Source of the DNA: Nymphaea colorata
Taxonomy: Eukaryota
NCBI RefSeq assembly: GCF_008831285.2
Contig: NC_045138.2
Span: 992,001-1,056,000, forward strand
Length of the DNA: 64,000 bases
Direction: 5' to 3'
Shown: piece by piece, positions 53,252 to 64,000 of the stretch
Layout: every line of letters begins with the position of its first letter
Numbering within the stretch: the stretch's first letter is position 1
The notes under the pieces: generated by a model
Seen by the model: the letters and a program-made list of their open reading frames with translations, nothing else
Databases searched by the model: none
Told to the model about the DNA's origin: nothing
Made by a program: the position numbers and the translations under genes

Positions 53252-53409
53252 CAGTGGCGAATCCAGAAAATTAGGTTGAAGGGCACCTGTTTAGAAACAT
53301 TTATATTTAGTGGGGCACCCATATATGTATAAAAGTGAATATTAATTTGACAATGTACAAAAGAATTTTAAAGAGCTGGTGTAGGTAGTTGCCCACGCCA
53401 GCCCACATG
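53252..53409. mobile_element. hAT-type MITE (CAGTGGCG start) with perfect 8-bp TSD
   Basis: TSD TGGCTTAT at 53244-53251 and 53410-53417. Confidence 0.75.
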
Positions 53410-53643
53410 TGGCTTATTGTCATTTAACAACTTCATGGTTTGGTGGAAAGCAGATGGCTCGATATCTTTAATGAGATTAGTCAAGAAATGCTGATGTTCA
53501 AGAGAGTACATGCGATCAACTAAATGGGAAGCAATTGGATAACAAGCAACATTTCCTTTGTTAGGGACCACACTTGTGATCTGAACTGCAGTTAGATAGA
53601 ATGACAAAACAAATAATAATCCTTGAGTTAGGTATATGGGAGA

Positions 53644-56524
53644 TAGGGATGTCAACGGATCAAGTTCAGATTCGGATATACCATCTACCATATCCGATTT
53701 TTGGATATTCATATATTCGGATTCGAACTTAGATTCGAATTCAGATGAAAAAAAATTTATACCATATCTGAATCCGATCTGAACCCGATTTTTAAGTTAT
53801 ATTTGAATCTGATCCGAATCAGAATTTTAACTTATATCTGAATTTGATCCGAATCCGACTTTTAGGCTATAACTGATCCGAATCTGACTTTTAAGTTATA
53901 TCCAAATCCGATTTATGACTTTTAAGCCATATGTAAATCAGATCCAAATCTGATTTATGTACAAAAAAATACCAAATCCGATTTATATACAAAAAAAATA
54001 TATAGTAAATATCAAATGAACTATGAAACCCAATCTTCACATTCACATCATACTAGCTCAAACTTGACTGATGATAATTGTTATACAAAAAATTAAAATT
54101 TTGCTCCGATTTGCTCCAATTAACTCAGAGAAATTAAAATAAAAAAGTCAAACTAGTAAATGCATGAAAATGTCTTTCTTCATTTCTTCAACCATACCCA
54201 GTACTAGAAGTATTTTTCATACAAAAAATTACTATAGGAAGCACAATGTGGGAAGAAAAGAAGTTACGTCAATTGCATAGTTCAGGTTTTCTTAGTAGAT
54301 GGCTAGTATCCGAGACAATTGAAACATTTTCTTTTCATTTATTTGCTAATAAGAATGTATTTGAGATGTCATTGCGAACGTAAAAAGCAATCAAAATGAA
54401 CCAAAATCCAGGTAGAAGCTTTCAGTAACCAACTGCTTTCAGAAGTCTGAACAGCCAAATTTGATTCTCTTGCATGCTAATGTAACACATTTTAATGACA
54501 TAAAAAAACATCAAAATGACCAGCAAGTTTCTGCACTTGTTAGCCTAGTGCCACAAGATTAATGTCCCAAAGTTCAAAGAGTTCCATGTACAACTTCCAG
54601 CTACAACATCACAAATCATCAAATATGGGAACCATCTTTTTGCTCACACCAGTTGAAAGTCCAACTTACGATCTTTCAACAAGTATAAAATTTATAGGAT
54701 GCTATATACACAGTTGCTATGTGCTTCTAGCTTGACTTCCCCTCAACCTTCTCAATTCTTCAGCACCCCAAACTGGCTAGTCCACTATGACTGACTACAA
54801 ACAGCAATGCAACAAGCAAGAACTGACTACAAGTCCTCTAAGACAGTCCAAGCGGCAATCCAGATTCCAAACGATCTTTCAGGACTAATATAGAACATGT
54901 GAAATAGTTAAGAAATCCTTTGCATTGATGTTCTTCGTACCAACCTCTGTTGAAATTGAAAATGATATGATATCATGATTCCATAATAAAAGCTGGATAT
55001 CGCAAGACTTCTTGGTCAGCTAAGTACTAAAGTCTGTTCTTGCAGATACCAAACCAACTCAGCGGAACATCTTGGCTACTATAGCACAAATAAGTGGAAA
55101 CTTCAAAATGAAAAGAGTAGCCTGCATAAGATCATTAAAAGCATTTACCTATCATGTATCACATGCAAGTCTAGCAAAGGAAGATACAAACTGGATTACA
55201 GCCATAGGCAAAAAGAAACGGCTGAGTTTCCATGTTTACTAGTAAAATAAAGAGAAATTATCTGCGGGTCAAGGCACACTGCTTATGACAGTCATTTATA
55301 GTGTTGAAAAAAGGACAAACTTGGTGCATCCGTCAAGAAGTCATCAAAATGTCAAGATACTTCGGCTGAATAATAATTATAACCATTATCAGGATAAAAA
55401 GAACTTTCATCAGGAGAATTACAGCAGTAGACTAAAAGCACTTAAGAAAATTAACTTGGTTCAACTCTCCTCCAACTGCATCAGCCAGAGTACCAATAGC
55501 ATCGTATACAATTCTAAGGTTTCTCCTCTGCAAATACCAAAATGAAAATCATAGGTTAAGAAAGAGAAAGGGGACAACAGATTGGTAGCTTTGGAACTTC
55601 ACATTTTTAAAATGAAAACATACACCTTACTGAAATGAAAAAACAACTTGATATCTCCAGACAAGGAGCCAACTCTTCTGCAACAAGAATTGGTCACTAC
55701 ATAAGGCCAACAACTATCCGAACCACATCTCTCATATGCTATAAATTTTCATAGCCTATAGACTAAATCTCAAGGAAACAATGAAATTCTACATCAGAGA
55801 AAATAACTTACTGTCATACCTGTAGTAGAGGGACCTCCTCGAAACATTGTTCGAAGTAAAACAAGTAATCATGTTGTTGCTGCTAGTGATGGTGTAAATG
55901 TTTCTGGAGTTGATCATTTAGCACCAACTTCAGTGGTTCCTGATGCAGTCTAGAATGAGTCCTAGCCATGATATCATGAATCTGTGTGGGGATCAAGTAT
56001 CAGAACGTACAAAAGCCATTGAAAGTAGGACACAAGGGATGGCAAACACGACAGTTGGCTAGAGACAGGCGATTCCAACACACTGGAGCCGAACATCCTT
56101 CTGCGACTGAAACACTAATGCTTCGTCTTCCTCTTAGAAGCTTCGGTCCAGGAAATCCCCACACATACAGTGAAAAAGAGAGAGGGAGATATGACCCCGT
56201 CAAAAAAAAAAAATAAAGGTAAGGAAAAAACAAAGGAAACAAAAAATTATGAAAGGGGAGGACCTGCTCCGGCTCGAGAGCGAAACCTTACCAGGAAAAG
56301 GATCTGGGGGTTCGGATTTGGATATGAGGTTATTGTTTGGATTCAGATATACTAGTTAACGTAGTATCCGATCAGGTATTTATTTAAAATCGAATCCGTA
56401 TCTGGTAGGATATTATTTCTGAAATCCAAATACGATCCGATTTTCTTAATTAGATGCTAAATTGCTTACCATATCCCATTTTTTGAAAGCAATTCGAACG
56501 ATATTCGATCCGTTGACATCCCTA
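53644..56524. mobile_element. 2.9-kb non-autonomous TIR element carrying captured host exons (Pack-TIR, hAT-like ends)
   Basis: Perfect 18-bp TIR TAGGGATGTCAACGGATC at 53644-53661 and 56507-56524; ATCCGA subterminal arrays; no transposase ORF; no 8-bp TSD (only AGA/AGA). Confidence 0.85.
55456..55681 (-). pseudogene. Captured transportin-1 (karyopherin beta-2) exon fragments
   Basis: 72-bp AG|exon|GT at 55527-55456 encodes [24 protein letters not shown]; 55681-55652 encodes AEELAPCLEI. Both match consecutive segments of recalled plant TRN1. Confidence 0.85.
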
Positions 56525-56805
56525 AGAAGCGGCAACAGGTTGAAGGCTTCAAGGTGAATGTGCACTGCCTTTTCTTATTACTAATTGCTTGCATTGGTGC
56601 TCTCCTTTTTCTCTTTCCCCTGGATGACTCTACATTGCTTTGGAGCCCTGAAAGAAAACTAAACTGAATGGTTACTCATGAACTAAAAGTCCAAACCCTT
56701 ACCCATTCAAGAAGGAACCATATTTACTTCTAGAGACAGCCTCTTAAAAGTTCTTTATTTTTAAATAGAAATCTTAAATATTTATTCTTATATATATATA
56801 TATAT

Positions 56806-56976
56806 TGTAACACTCCAGAAGTTTAGTCCCGTATCGAAGATGTGAGGGATCTTTAAGGGCTTATAATGGGAGGCTATTAATGAGATGATTGTCCTGGTTC
56901 CTAGCCTTTTTAGGATTGAAACCGAAATTGCTAGGGGGCGAGTTGGGATCCGTCGAACTAGGGGCCCGAGCTGACA
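56806..56976 (+). mobile_element. Truncated LTR of the TRIM family
   Basis: TGTAACACTCC...GGATCCGTCGAAC...GAGCTGACA aligns with 58445-58634 and with the reverse complement of 51983-52170. Confidence 0.8.
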
Positions 56977-56995
56977 AGTCCCTTTCGACGTTGTA

Positions 56996-57533
56996 TTGAC
57001 CAAGAAGGCTGGAAGGAAAGTAGAAGAAATTACAATTCCTTTTGATGTGGTGGACGAGTTCACATTACCGAGTGTGGCCGCTAGGGACTTGGTGAGGTTC
57101 AGGTTGGTGTGCAAGTCTTGGCGGCAGCTCATCGATGACCCGAATTTCATTAACAATTACTTCAGGATGCACCATGTCCAGCAAGTTATCGCCTACATTT
57201 CAGGACAGAACCCAAAGGCTTATATTGCATGGACATAAAATGTGAGGATACTAATGGCCACATCAAAACAACTGGAAGCCTATCAAGATATTGGGATTGG
57301 AATATTGCCTCAAAGACGCAGTTGTTTGGGTGCTGGGCGATTATGAGAGCGAGATATGGACTAAAAGGCACCACATTTCCTTTGCAAGCATTGATCACGC
57401 ACTTGGTGATGTAGACGAAGAAGAATATGTGAGCCATAGTGATTGCGATAGTGAATGCTTTCCAGATCATTATCCAAGGTTTTCCAATGTTATTGCAACT
57501 AGTGATGCGATATATATGAAATTTATTAAGTAA
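56996..57533 (+). pseudogene. F-box / F-box-associated pseudogene, internally deleted and frameshifted
   Basis: F-box motif IPFDVVDEFTLPSVAARDLVRFRLVCKSWRQLIDDPNF, then a frameshift to an FBA-like VWVLGDYESEIWTKRHHI; no ATG upstream of the F-box before the LTR. Confidence 0.75.
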
Positions 57534-58299
57534 ACTTAAGCAGCTGATCAGAGGGGTCATGATGATGATCAACATGCAATCTTTGTGTTACTTTTTGCTA
57601 TCGATCCCTACTTTTATCTTGCTAATACAATTATGTGATCAGGCGAAACCATTTTGGATCATGGATCAGCAATTTCAATGATTAGAGCCCGTCGACCAAG
57701 ATTTGCTAAAGCAAGTTAGAAGAAATTACAATTCTTTAAAATGTGAGGATACCAAAGGCTTAGAACTCCTCGAATGCAAGAATAAAAGAAGACGTTAAAA
57801 CTGGTTTAACTGCCTTAACTTTATTTGCAATTTCTTTTCATGTTTTCTGAATCATGCAATATGTGTCAGCCCCACCATCTACCTCTTAATCACTCACCCT
57901 CTCTCTCTATCTATTTTCAGCCGCCGCTACCTCTTTCTGTCTTCCTCTACACCCATTGATGCATCATTAGTTGCTCTCTTCTCCCTATTTTAGAAAACCC
58001 AACAGCCAAGTTGGTTTTTTCTTTTTATTTAACTTTTAAAGAAAGAATTTCAAAAAAATGTCTGTTCTCCAACCAACCGTACAACCAGATCCCACCATCT
58101 CACAAGCCACTATTACAAACCCAATTCGTATCATTTCCTTGTCGTTACTTTGAGCAATATTTATTAATAAAAACTTAAGTTACACAAGAAGACATCATAA
58201 TCCATTGAGAATTGACAATATAAAAGATAAATAACCACTTGCTCAAAGTAACTTAAAGTTAGAAAAGTGATACTGGTTTTGATAGATGAGTCCAATTTA

Positions 58300-60340
58300 A
58301 AAAAAAATATTGTTTTTAACTGCATTAAAATCAAAATAATAACATGATAATATTGAAGGCAATGCTCGCCATTGTCGTTTATATAAAACCACCACCACAA
58401 CTTAATTCGGTTTTTTTTTAATTCATCAGAATAAGACTTTCAGGTGTACACCCCATATGTTTAGTCTCGTGTCGAAGATTGTGAGGGATCTTCAAGAGCT
58501 TATAAAGGGAGGCTATTAATGAGATGATTGTCTTGGTTTATAGCCTTTTTAGAATTGGAACCGAAACTGCTAGAGGGCGGGTTGGGATCCGTTGAACCCG
58601 GGCCCAGAGCTCGGGAGTGGGTCGGGTTGTTACAGATACGCATAATTAAAAAAAAAACAATATTGTTTTTTGTTGTGTTAATATCAAAACAATCACAGGA
58701 TGATATTGAAGGCAAGACTCATCGCACAATCGTTTCTTTAAAACTACCACCACTTAATTTAGTTTATCTCTAATTCATCATAATAAAGTTTACAATTGGT
58801 ACATAGAACGGTAACAATATTTTGAGAGCTCTTCTTCACTACAATAAATTTATCTTTTATGTTGTCAATTCTCAATGCAATTTCAAATCCATTGGCGTGG
58901 GTTTGTTCATATTGTCGAAGAGTTAAATTTATAGTCAGCCTTTTATACGTTGCTTGCACAAAGTCGAAGTGGAAAAGAACATTGGATTGAGTTAGCTTCG
59001 TAATAAAAATTGCATGTTCTCCACGTTTAAATCTACAAAATTCTCTACATTAAGCGGGATAAGAGATAAATAATGTACTTGCCTATTTTTCATGTCTCTT
59101 TCAGTGTCGCTACTAGCCATAAGAAACAAATAAATAAATAAAATAAAACAACACACAAAACATAGAAAAAAAACAAAGGGCACACTGAAAACAAAGATAA
59201 AAAGAAATTAAAAAGAACTCACCTATTTATAATAAACTACTTAAGAGTTCAATTATTAATGCAAAAAACACTTAAATCGCGAAAATGGTTTTGACAGATA
59301 CGTACAATTTACAAAAAAAAAAATATTGTTTTTGACTACGTTAAATAATCATATGATGATATCGAAGGCAAGACTCACCATTGTCGTTTCTATAAAACCA
59401 CCACCACTTAATTTGGTTTTCTTCTAATTCTTCAGAATAATGCTTTGCGGTGACAAATAAAATGCTAACAGTATCTCGAGACTTTTTCTTCACCTGGCAC
59501 TTGTTCATGTTGTTAAGGAGTTAAATTTATAGCCAACTTTCTATACATTGCTTGCACAAAGGTGAAGTGGAAACGAACATTGAATTGGGTCAGCTTCTTT
59601 GTAAATAAAAACTACATGTTCTCTACATTTAAATCAATAAAATTCTCTACAATAAGTAAGATAAGAGGCAGATAATCTACTTGTATATTTTTCATGTCTA
59701 TTTCAATGTTTCTACTAACTATAAGTTAATGTTTAACAAAGAAAATAAAACAAGACAAGAAAACGAAAGACACATAGAAAACACAGAAAAAAAAATTAAA
59801 GAGAACTCACATATTTATAATGTAACCACTCTAGAGATTCGTATTGTTAATGCATAGAGCACCTAAACAGAATGGTTAGAAAAACAATAGTGGTTTAGAT
59901 AGATAAGTATAATTTACCAAAAAAAATATTATTTTTAACTACATTAAAATCAAAACATTCACATGATGATATTGAAGACAAGGCTCCCAATGTCGTTTCC
60001 ATAAAAGTACCACAATTTAATTTGGTTTTCTTCTAATTCATCAAAATAAAGTTTCCAGGTAGTACACAGAATGATAACAGCATCTCGAGCATCTCGAGAC
60101 TTCTTCTTCACAGTAATAACTTGATATTTCATGTTATCCATTTTCTATGCAATTTCAAATCCATTGTTGTGCACTGTTTTTGTTGTTGGGAAGTTAAATT
60201 TACAGGTAGTCTTATATACGCTGCTTAAACAAAGGCGAAGCGAAAAATGAACATCGGATTGAGTCAGCTTCTTTGTAAATAAAAAAATGCAGATTCTCTA
60301 CATTTAAATTTAAATAATTCTGTAGATTAAGTGGGATAAT
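58300..60340 (-). pseudogene. Degenerate tandem array (~600-660-bp unit, 3 copies plus 1 partial) of a B3/DUF313-like gene
   Basis: Unit boundary aaaaaatattgtttttaact at ~58300, 58650, 59315, 59920. Minus-strand consensus FLFTKKLTQSDV...WKLYFDELEENQIKLW...GSLVF; every copy has stops or frameshifts. Confidence 0.6.
58445..58634 (+). mobile_element. Solo LTR of the TRIM family
   Basis: TGTACACCCC...GGGTCGGGTTGTTACA, ~190 bp; no TSD. Confidence 0.82.
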
Positions 60341-61349
60341 ATGCAAACTATATTCATCAAACACTATTTTATAGTCATTCTCCCATCTTGGGGTCCATCC
60401 AATCGCGGCTATCCGATGCATTGGGTGGATTTGATATAAAATTTGATGATTTTTTTTGTCTGGATTTAAACAGAGAAATCCTGTAACTTTTATAACACAC
60501 CACACAATTCAATGCATCATATGACCATGATTGCAAGAAGGTCAAGATGGCTGGATGATATATATATATATATATAGAACAAAATATGACTCGCGGGTCA
60601 ATAAAATATAAAGCTAATATGAATGACAAAAGTAACAGTTCCACTTAAAACTCACATTCAATGCAGTCACTAATTATGAGGTCATTTAATAGTACCAAAT
60701 GATAGTTATAACTTAGTTTCGTTTTAAAAAAGACTAATCTCACTTCTCTAAAAACACATTTCGAGAAAGGAGAGTTGGACACTTCCTTCAAAGCAGTCAA
60801 AGCTCGGAAACTTGTTTCTTATTTATATAATGCTTGTTGCGTCTAAAATAAGAAACTTGCTTATCAATAAATTATTTTTACTTCTTGGATTCATTTCTCA
60901 TTTTTCGTTTCTTTGTTTTATCTTTAGCTTTTCCATGATAATGCACAAGATATTTTATTATAACAAGCACAAACTCTTGACCTCGTTATCTACTCATATT
61001 CGTACATGCTTACAAACATATTTGATTAGTGTATGAATGTTACATGTGAATTTTAAAAGCTATATACAAATTGTTATTATGAGGCCTAAGGCCCGTTATT
61101 TTCTTTGCCTCCAAGCTCCTAGATTGGGTATGACGTTAGGGAGGTATTCAAGTACATCTCACCCTAAATAGCATTCGAGATTAGCACCCACGGTAGGTCG
61201 TGTTTTGGCTATGGGGCACTGTTATAGAAATTCTCATTTTTGAATGAACACAACATATATAAATAAGTAAATAATTGTAAAATGTTTATGTAAAAATAAA
61301 TAAAAATTTTGTTGTTGGCATTTGCTCACGGCTACCTATATGTACGAAC

Positions 61350-61778
61350 GTCAATATATTCGATTTGAATAGGATATCTGATTGGTCCGATCCAAAAAAA
61401 TTGAATATGGAAAAAAAATTAATATCTGATTAAGAAATCAGATCGGATTCAGATTTAATAAATTGCATCTGATCGGATTCAGATTTAATAAATTGCATCT
61501 GGTCGGATTCAAATGCATATAAATATCCGATCGAATTCAGATACAAATTCGATTCAGACTCATTTAGACAAATATCTTGTATCAAATGCTATTAAATTTT
61601 GAAAATTGGCAAAACCTGGTCAAAATTTGGATTCGTATATAACTATGAAAAACAGATTTGGATCGGATTTGTATATGACTTTTCTTTATTGGAATTCGAA
61701 TGTAAATATGTGAATATATGAAAAAACGGATATAATTAATCGTATATATGATCTAAATGTGATTCATTGACATCTCTA
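61350..61778. mobile_element. Truncated copy of the TAGGGATG-TIR family
   Basis: TCGGAT hexamers, internal ~31-bp duplication at ~61441-61510, ends ATTGACATCTCTA. Confidence 0.7.
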
Positions 61779-62257
61779 ACTATATGTAGCTCCATCATTG
61801 ACGGCAAAAGTGGAGTCAAAAATTTTTCATGAGGAGGGCCAAATTATAATGTTAAAACTTTAAGAGGGGCTGAAGTTATAATTTTTCAATTTTTTTTTGA
61901 AAAATTTACATGTAATTTTTTTTAGGGGGGTGAGTGGGAAGGCCCATCGCAGCCCCCCTTTGACTCTGCCTTTGGCCCATGAGAATCGAAACAAGGACGC
62001 ACCATCTATACAATCCCTAACCTAGCGAGCTATGCCATGCTCCTTCTTCTTATGAACAAGTACCTATTATGTCTTGCTTATAACAGCCATGAACACAAAC
62101 TGAATTACTCATTAATTAAATTTATGAATTGAAGAACACTTTACTCGAAAGGCCTCATGAATTACATTTAATGACAAAAAGACTCCATTTATTTCTAATT
62201 TATTCAAATTCCTCCGTACAATTAGTCAAGAAACAGTGTCAAGCAAGGTAAGAGACA

Positions 62258-62691
62258 TCAATTGAATCTGGAGCATACTCTTCTGATTTCACCCTGGGAT
62301 CCGGTTTTTACACCGACCCGACCCATCTTCACCATTGCATTCGCGAAATCTCGATGGAAGGATGAACTGGACAAGTCGGGAACGGACCCGCCGCGCAGCC
62401 CAAAATACGAATCCACGACCCGTCGGGTGGACGGGTCCTCGTAGAGTTGTGCATCGGATGCGAGAACCGCGAACCCGAACCGGATATTGTTGAGGATGTT
62501 CTTGTCGAACGAAAACTCGCTTCCCTGATCCAAAGGCAGCCGGACATTGACGTCGCCGTTCGCCGGGCAGGTTAATTCCAGTGCCGGCAGGAACGCCGGA
62601 TTTATGGAGCGGTCGGACCCTCCGGCGGGAGTGAATGCATAGAGGCGCTTGGTCATAAAGAAACATGCCGCCGTGCCTATGCTGTGCCCCC
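62258..62691 (-). CDS. Class III secretory peroxidase, final exon (earlier exons not in window)
   Basis: AG acceptor at 62693-62692; GHSIG proximal His motif, DRSINPAF...CP, VLASDAQL, FANAMVKMGRVGVKTGSQGEIRRVCSRFN*. Confidence 0.9.
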
Positions 62692-63258
62692 CTGCCAAGT
62701 TTGGTAAATTGATCAAGTTTAACCACTTACATGGAATTTCAAAAAACTCAAGAATGAAAATGAGAAGCTCATTTCAGGCTCGATCGGCCCAAGCTAAAAA
62801 AAGAAAAAAAAACTGGTTCTGGTTCCATTTGACTTGATTTATTTTTTATATTATTTTTAATGATATATATTTATTATTAAAATATATTTTATATTAAAAA
62901 AATTATTTTATATTTTAACTTTTTTTTTTTATTTTAACTAGGTTGAGCTGGGCCTGGTTTCAGGTTTTTAGCATCAGAACCACTTGCATGGAATTTCAAG
63001 AAACTCAAGAATGAAAATGAAAAGCTCATACTACAGTTTAAAAATTAAAATATTACGAAAACATGTCTGCGTGAGCAACTTTTTTGAAATATATATAGAA
63101 TGACGCATCAGATGGAAAAACTGCTTCACTGAAATAATTTTCAAACTCAAGCCCGGTTTCCTTTGTATCAATGATATTTTGGCTTTTGTCAAAATTTTGA
63201 AATTATAACTCGATTTTCTCATGAAATCTGACGAAAATTTTTTGTCACTGCCCTTAAC

Positions 63259-63458
63259 CAGGGCAAAGTCAAGGTAGGGTCTGCATAGGCCCTGGCTCCA
63301 CCTCAACAAATTTTTTTTTTTTAAAAGTTTACATGCAAATTTAAAAAAAATTCATTTGTTCTGCATAAAAATTTGTAAAAAATGATATTTTGCTCCTATT
63401 CAAAATTTAATAACTGTAATTCGACCCGCCTCATGAAAAATTTCTATCTTTGCGCTTG
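63259..63458. mobile_element. hAT-type MITE (same family as 1945-2118) in the peroxidase intron
   Basis: Shares gctccacctcaa...catgaaaaatttct with 1945-2118; TSD CCCTTAAC vs CCCTTAAG (7/8). Confidence 0.78.
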
Positions 63459-64000
63459 CCCTTAAGTAGTATTAGTGTTATTATGTACCATCCCGCATTG
63501 CCTAATTAGACGCTGCATCAGCTGAAATTTGAATATATAATTTTTCACAGTTTCCAATACCAGATGAAAACCAATATCACAACATTTAAGTTCAACACAT
63601 TGAGTCAAGTACCAAGAAGAGTTTCCTTTCCATGCAAGAGTTCTTCCCTCAGTTAATGTAGCGGGTCCTTCTAGTTCATAGAATAGTCATTAGCATCATG
63701 CTTTGGTTGAAGAGAAAAGTGAGCTCCTTATAGCTTACTCAAGCAGCCAGCCTCACTAGTTGAGCTCTGCTTTATATAAAATTCACATGGCATTGCAATT
63801 AATATCTACAACTACTTTTTTTGACTCTTCCTTGCAATTCTACATGTTTAAAATTGCAATCTAATTCAAGCATGTAAACAGCATTCAAACATAAATCTTT
63901 CTATTTTCCTTCCCAATTTGATTAATTTTTTTGCAAATATTGAACTTAAGAAAAAGGGAAATTCAATGGTTTAGCTTTTTAAATCTTACAATCCATTGTT

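Noticed and set aside
56560..56582. TGCACTGCCT resembling miR408
   Set aside because: Match ends after ~11 nt and no star arm is visible.
63590..63780. Minus-strand TATA-like box and exon-like composition in the peroxidase intron
   Set aside because: No peroxidase-like translation, convincing hairpin or known ncRNA motif.

Overview
Flowering-plant nuclear euchromatin: spliceosomal introns, AT-rich spacers and many small TEs. The species cannot be determined from the sequence. Seven apparently intact genes were reconstructed by hand from splice sites and remembered homologs: FtsHi4 (+, 16 exons, one GC-AG intron), a PLS-class E+ PPR (-), ALG11 (+), a second E/E+ PPR (+), PPD4 (-), a RAD21/SYN3-type cohesin kleisin (+) and a GT47/exostosin glycosyltransferase (-). 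The last exon of a class III peroxidase (-) lies near the right edge. The ~13 kb between GT47 and the peroxidase is accessory and the most unusual part. It holds a 2.9-kb non-autonomous TIR element with perfect 18-bp TIRs that has captured transportin-1 exons (Pack-TIR); a TRIM whose second LTR is folded back so the element ends in inverted repeats; two more copies of that LTR; an internally deleted F-box pseudogene; and a decaying tandem array of a B3/DUF313-like gene. Elsewhere there are hAT-type MITEs with 8-bp TSDs, a tRNA-derived SINE candidate with a triplicated B box and a ~270-bp intergenic foldback. No rRNA, intact tRNA or CRISPR was found. Homology calls come from recall, not from a search.
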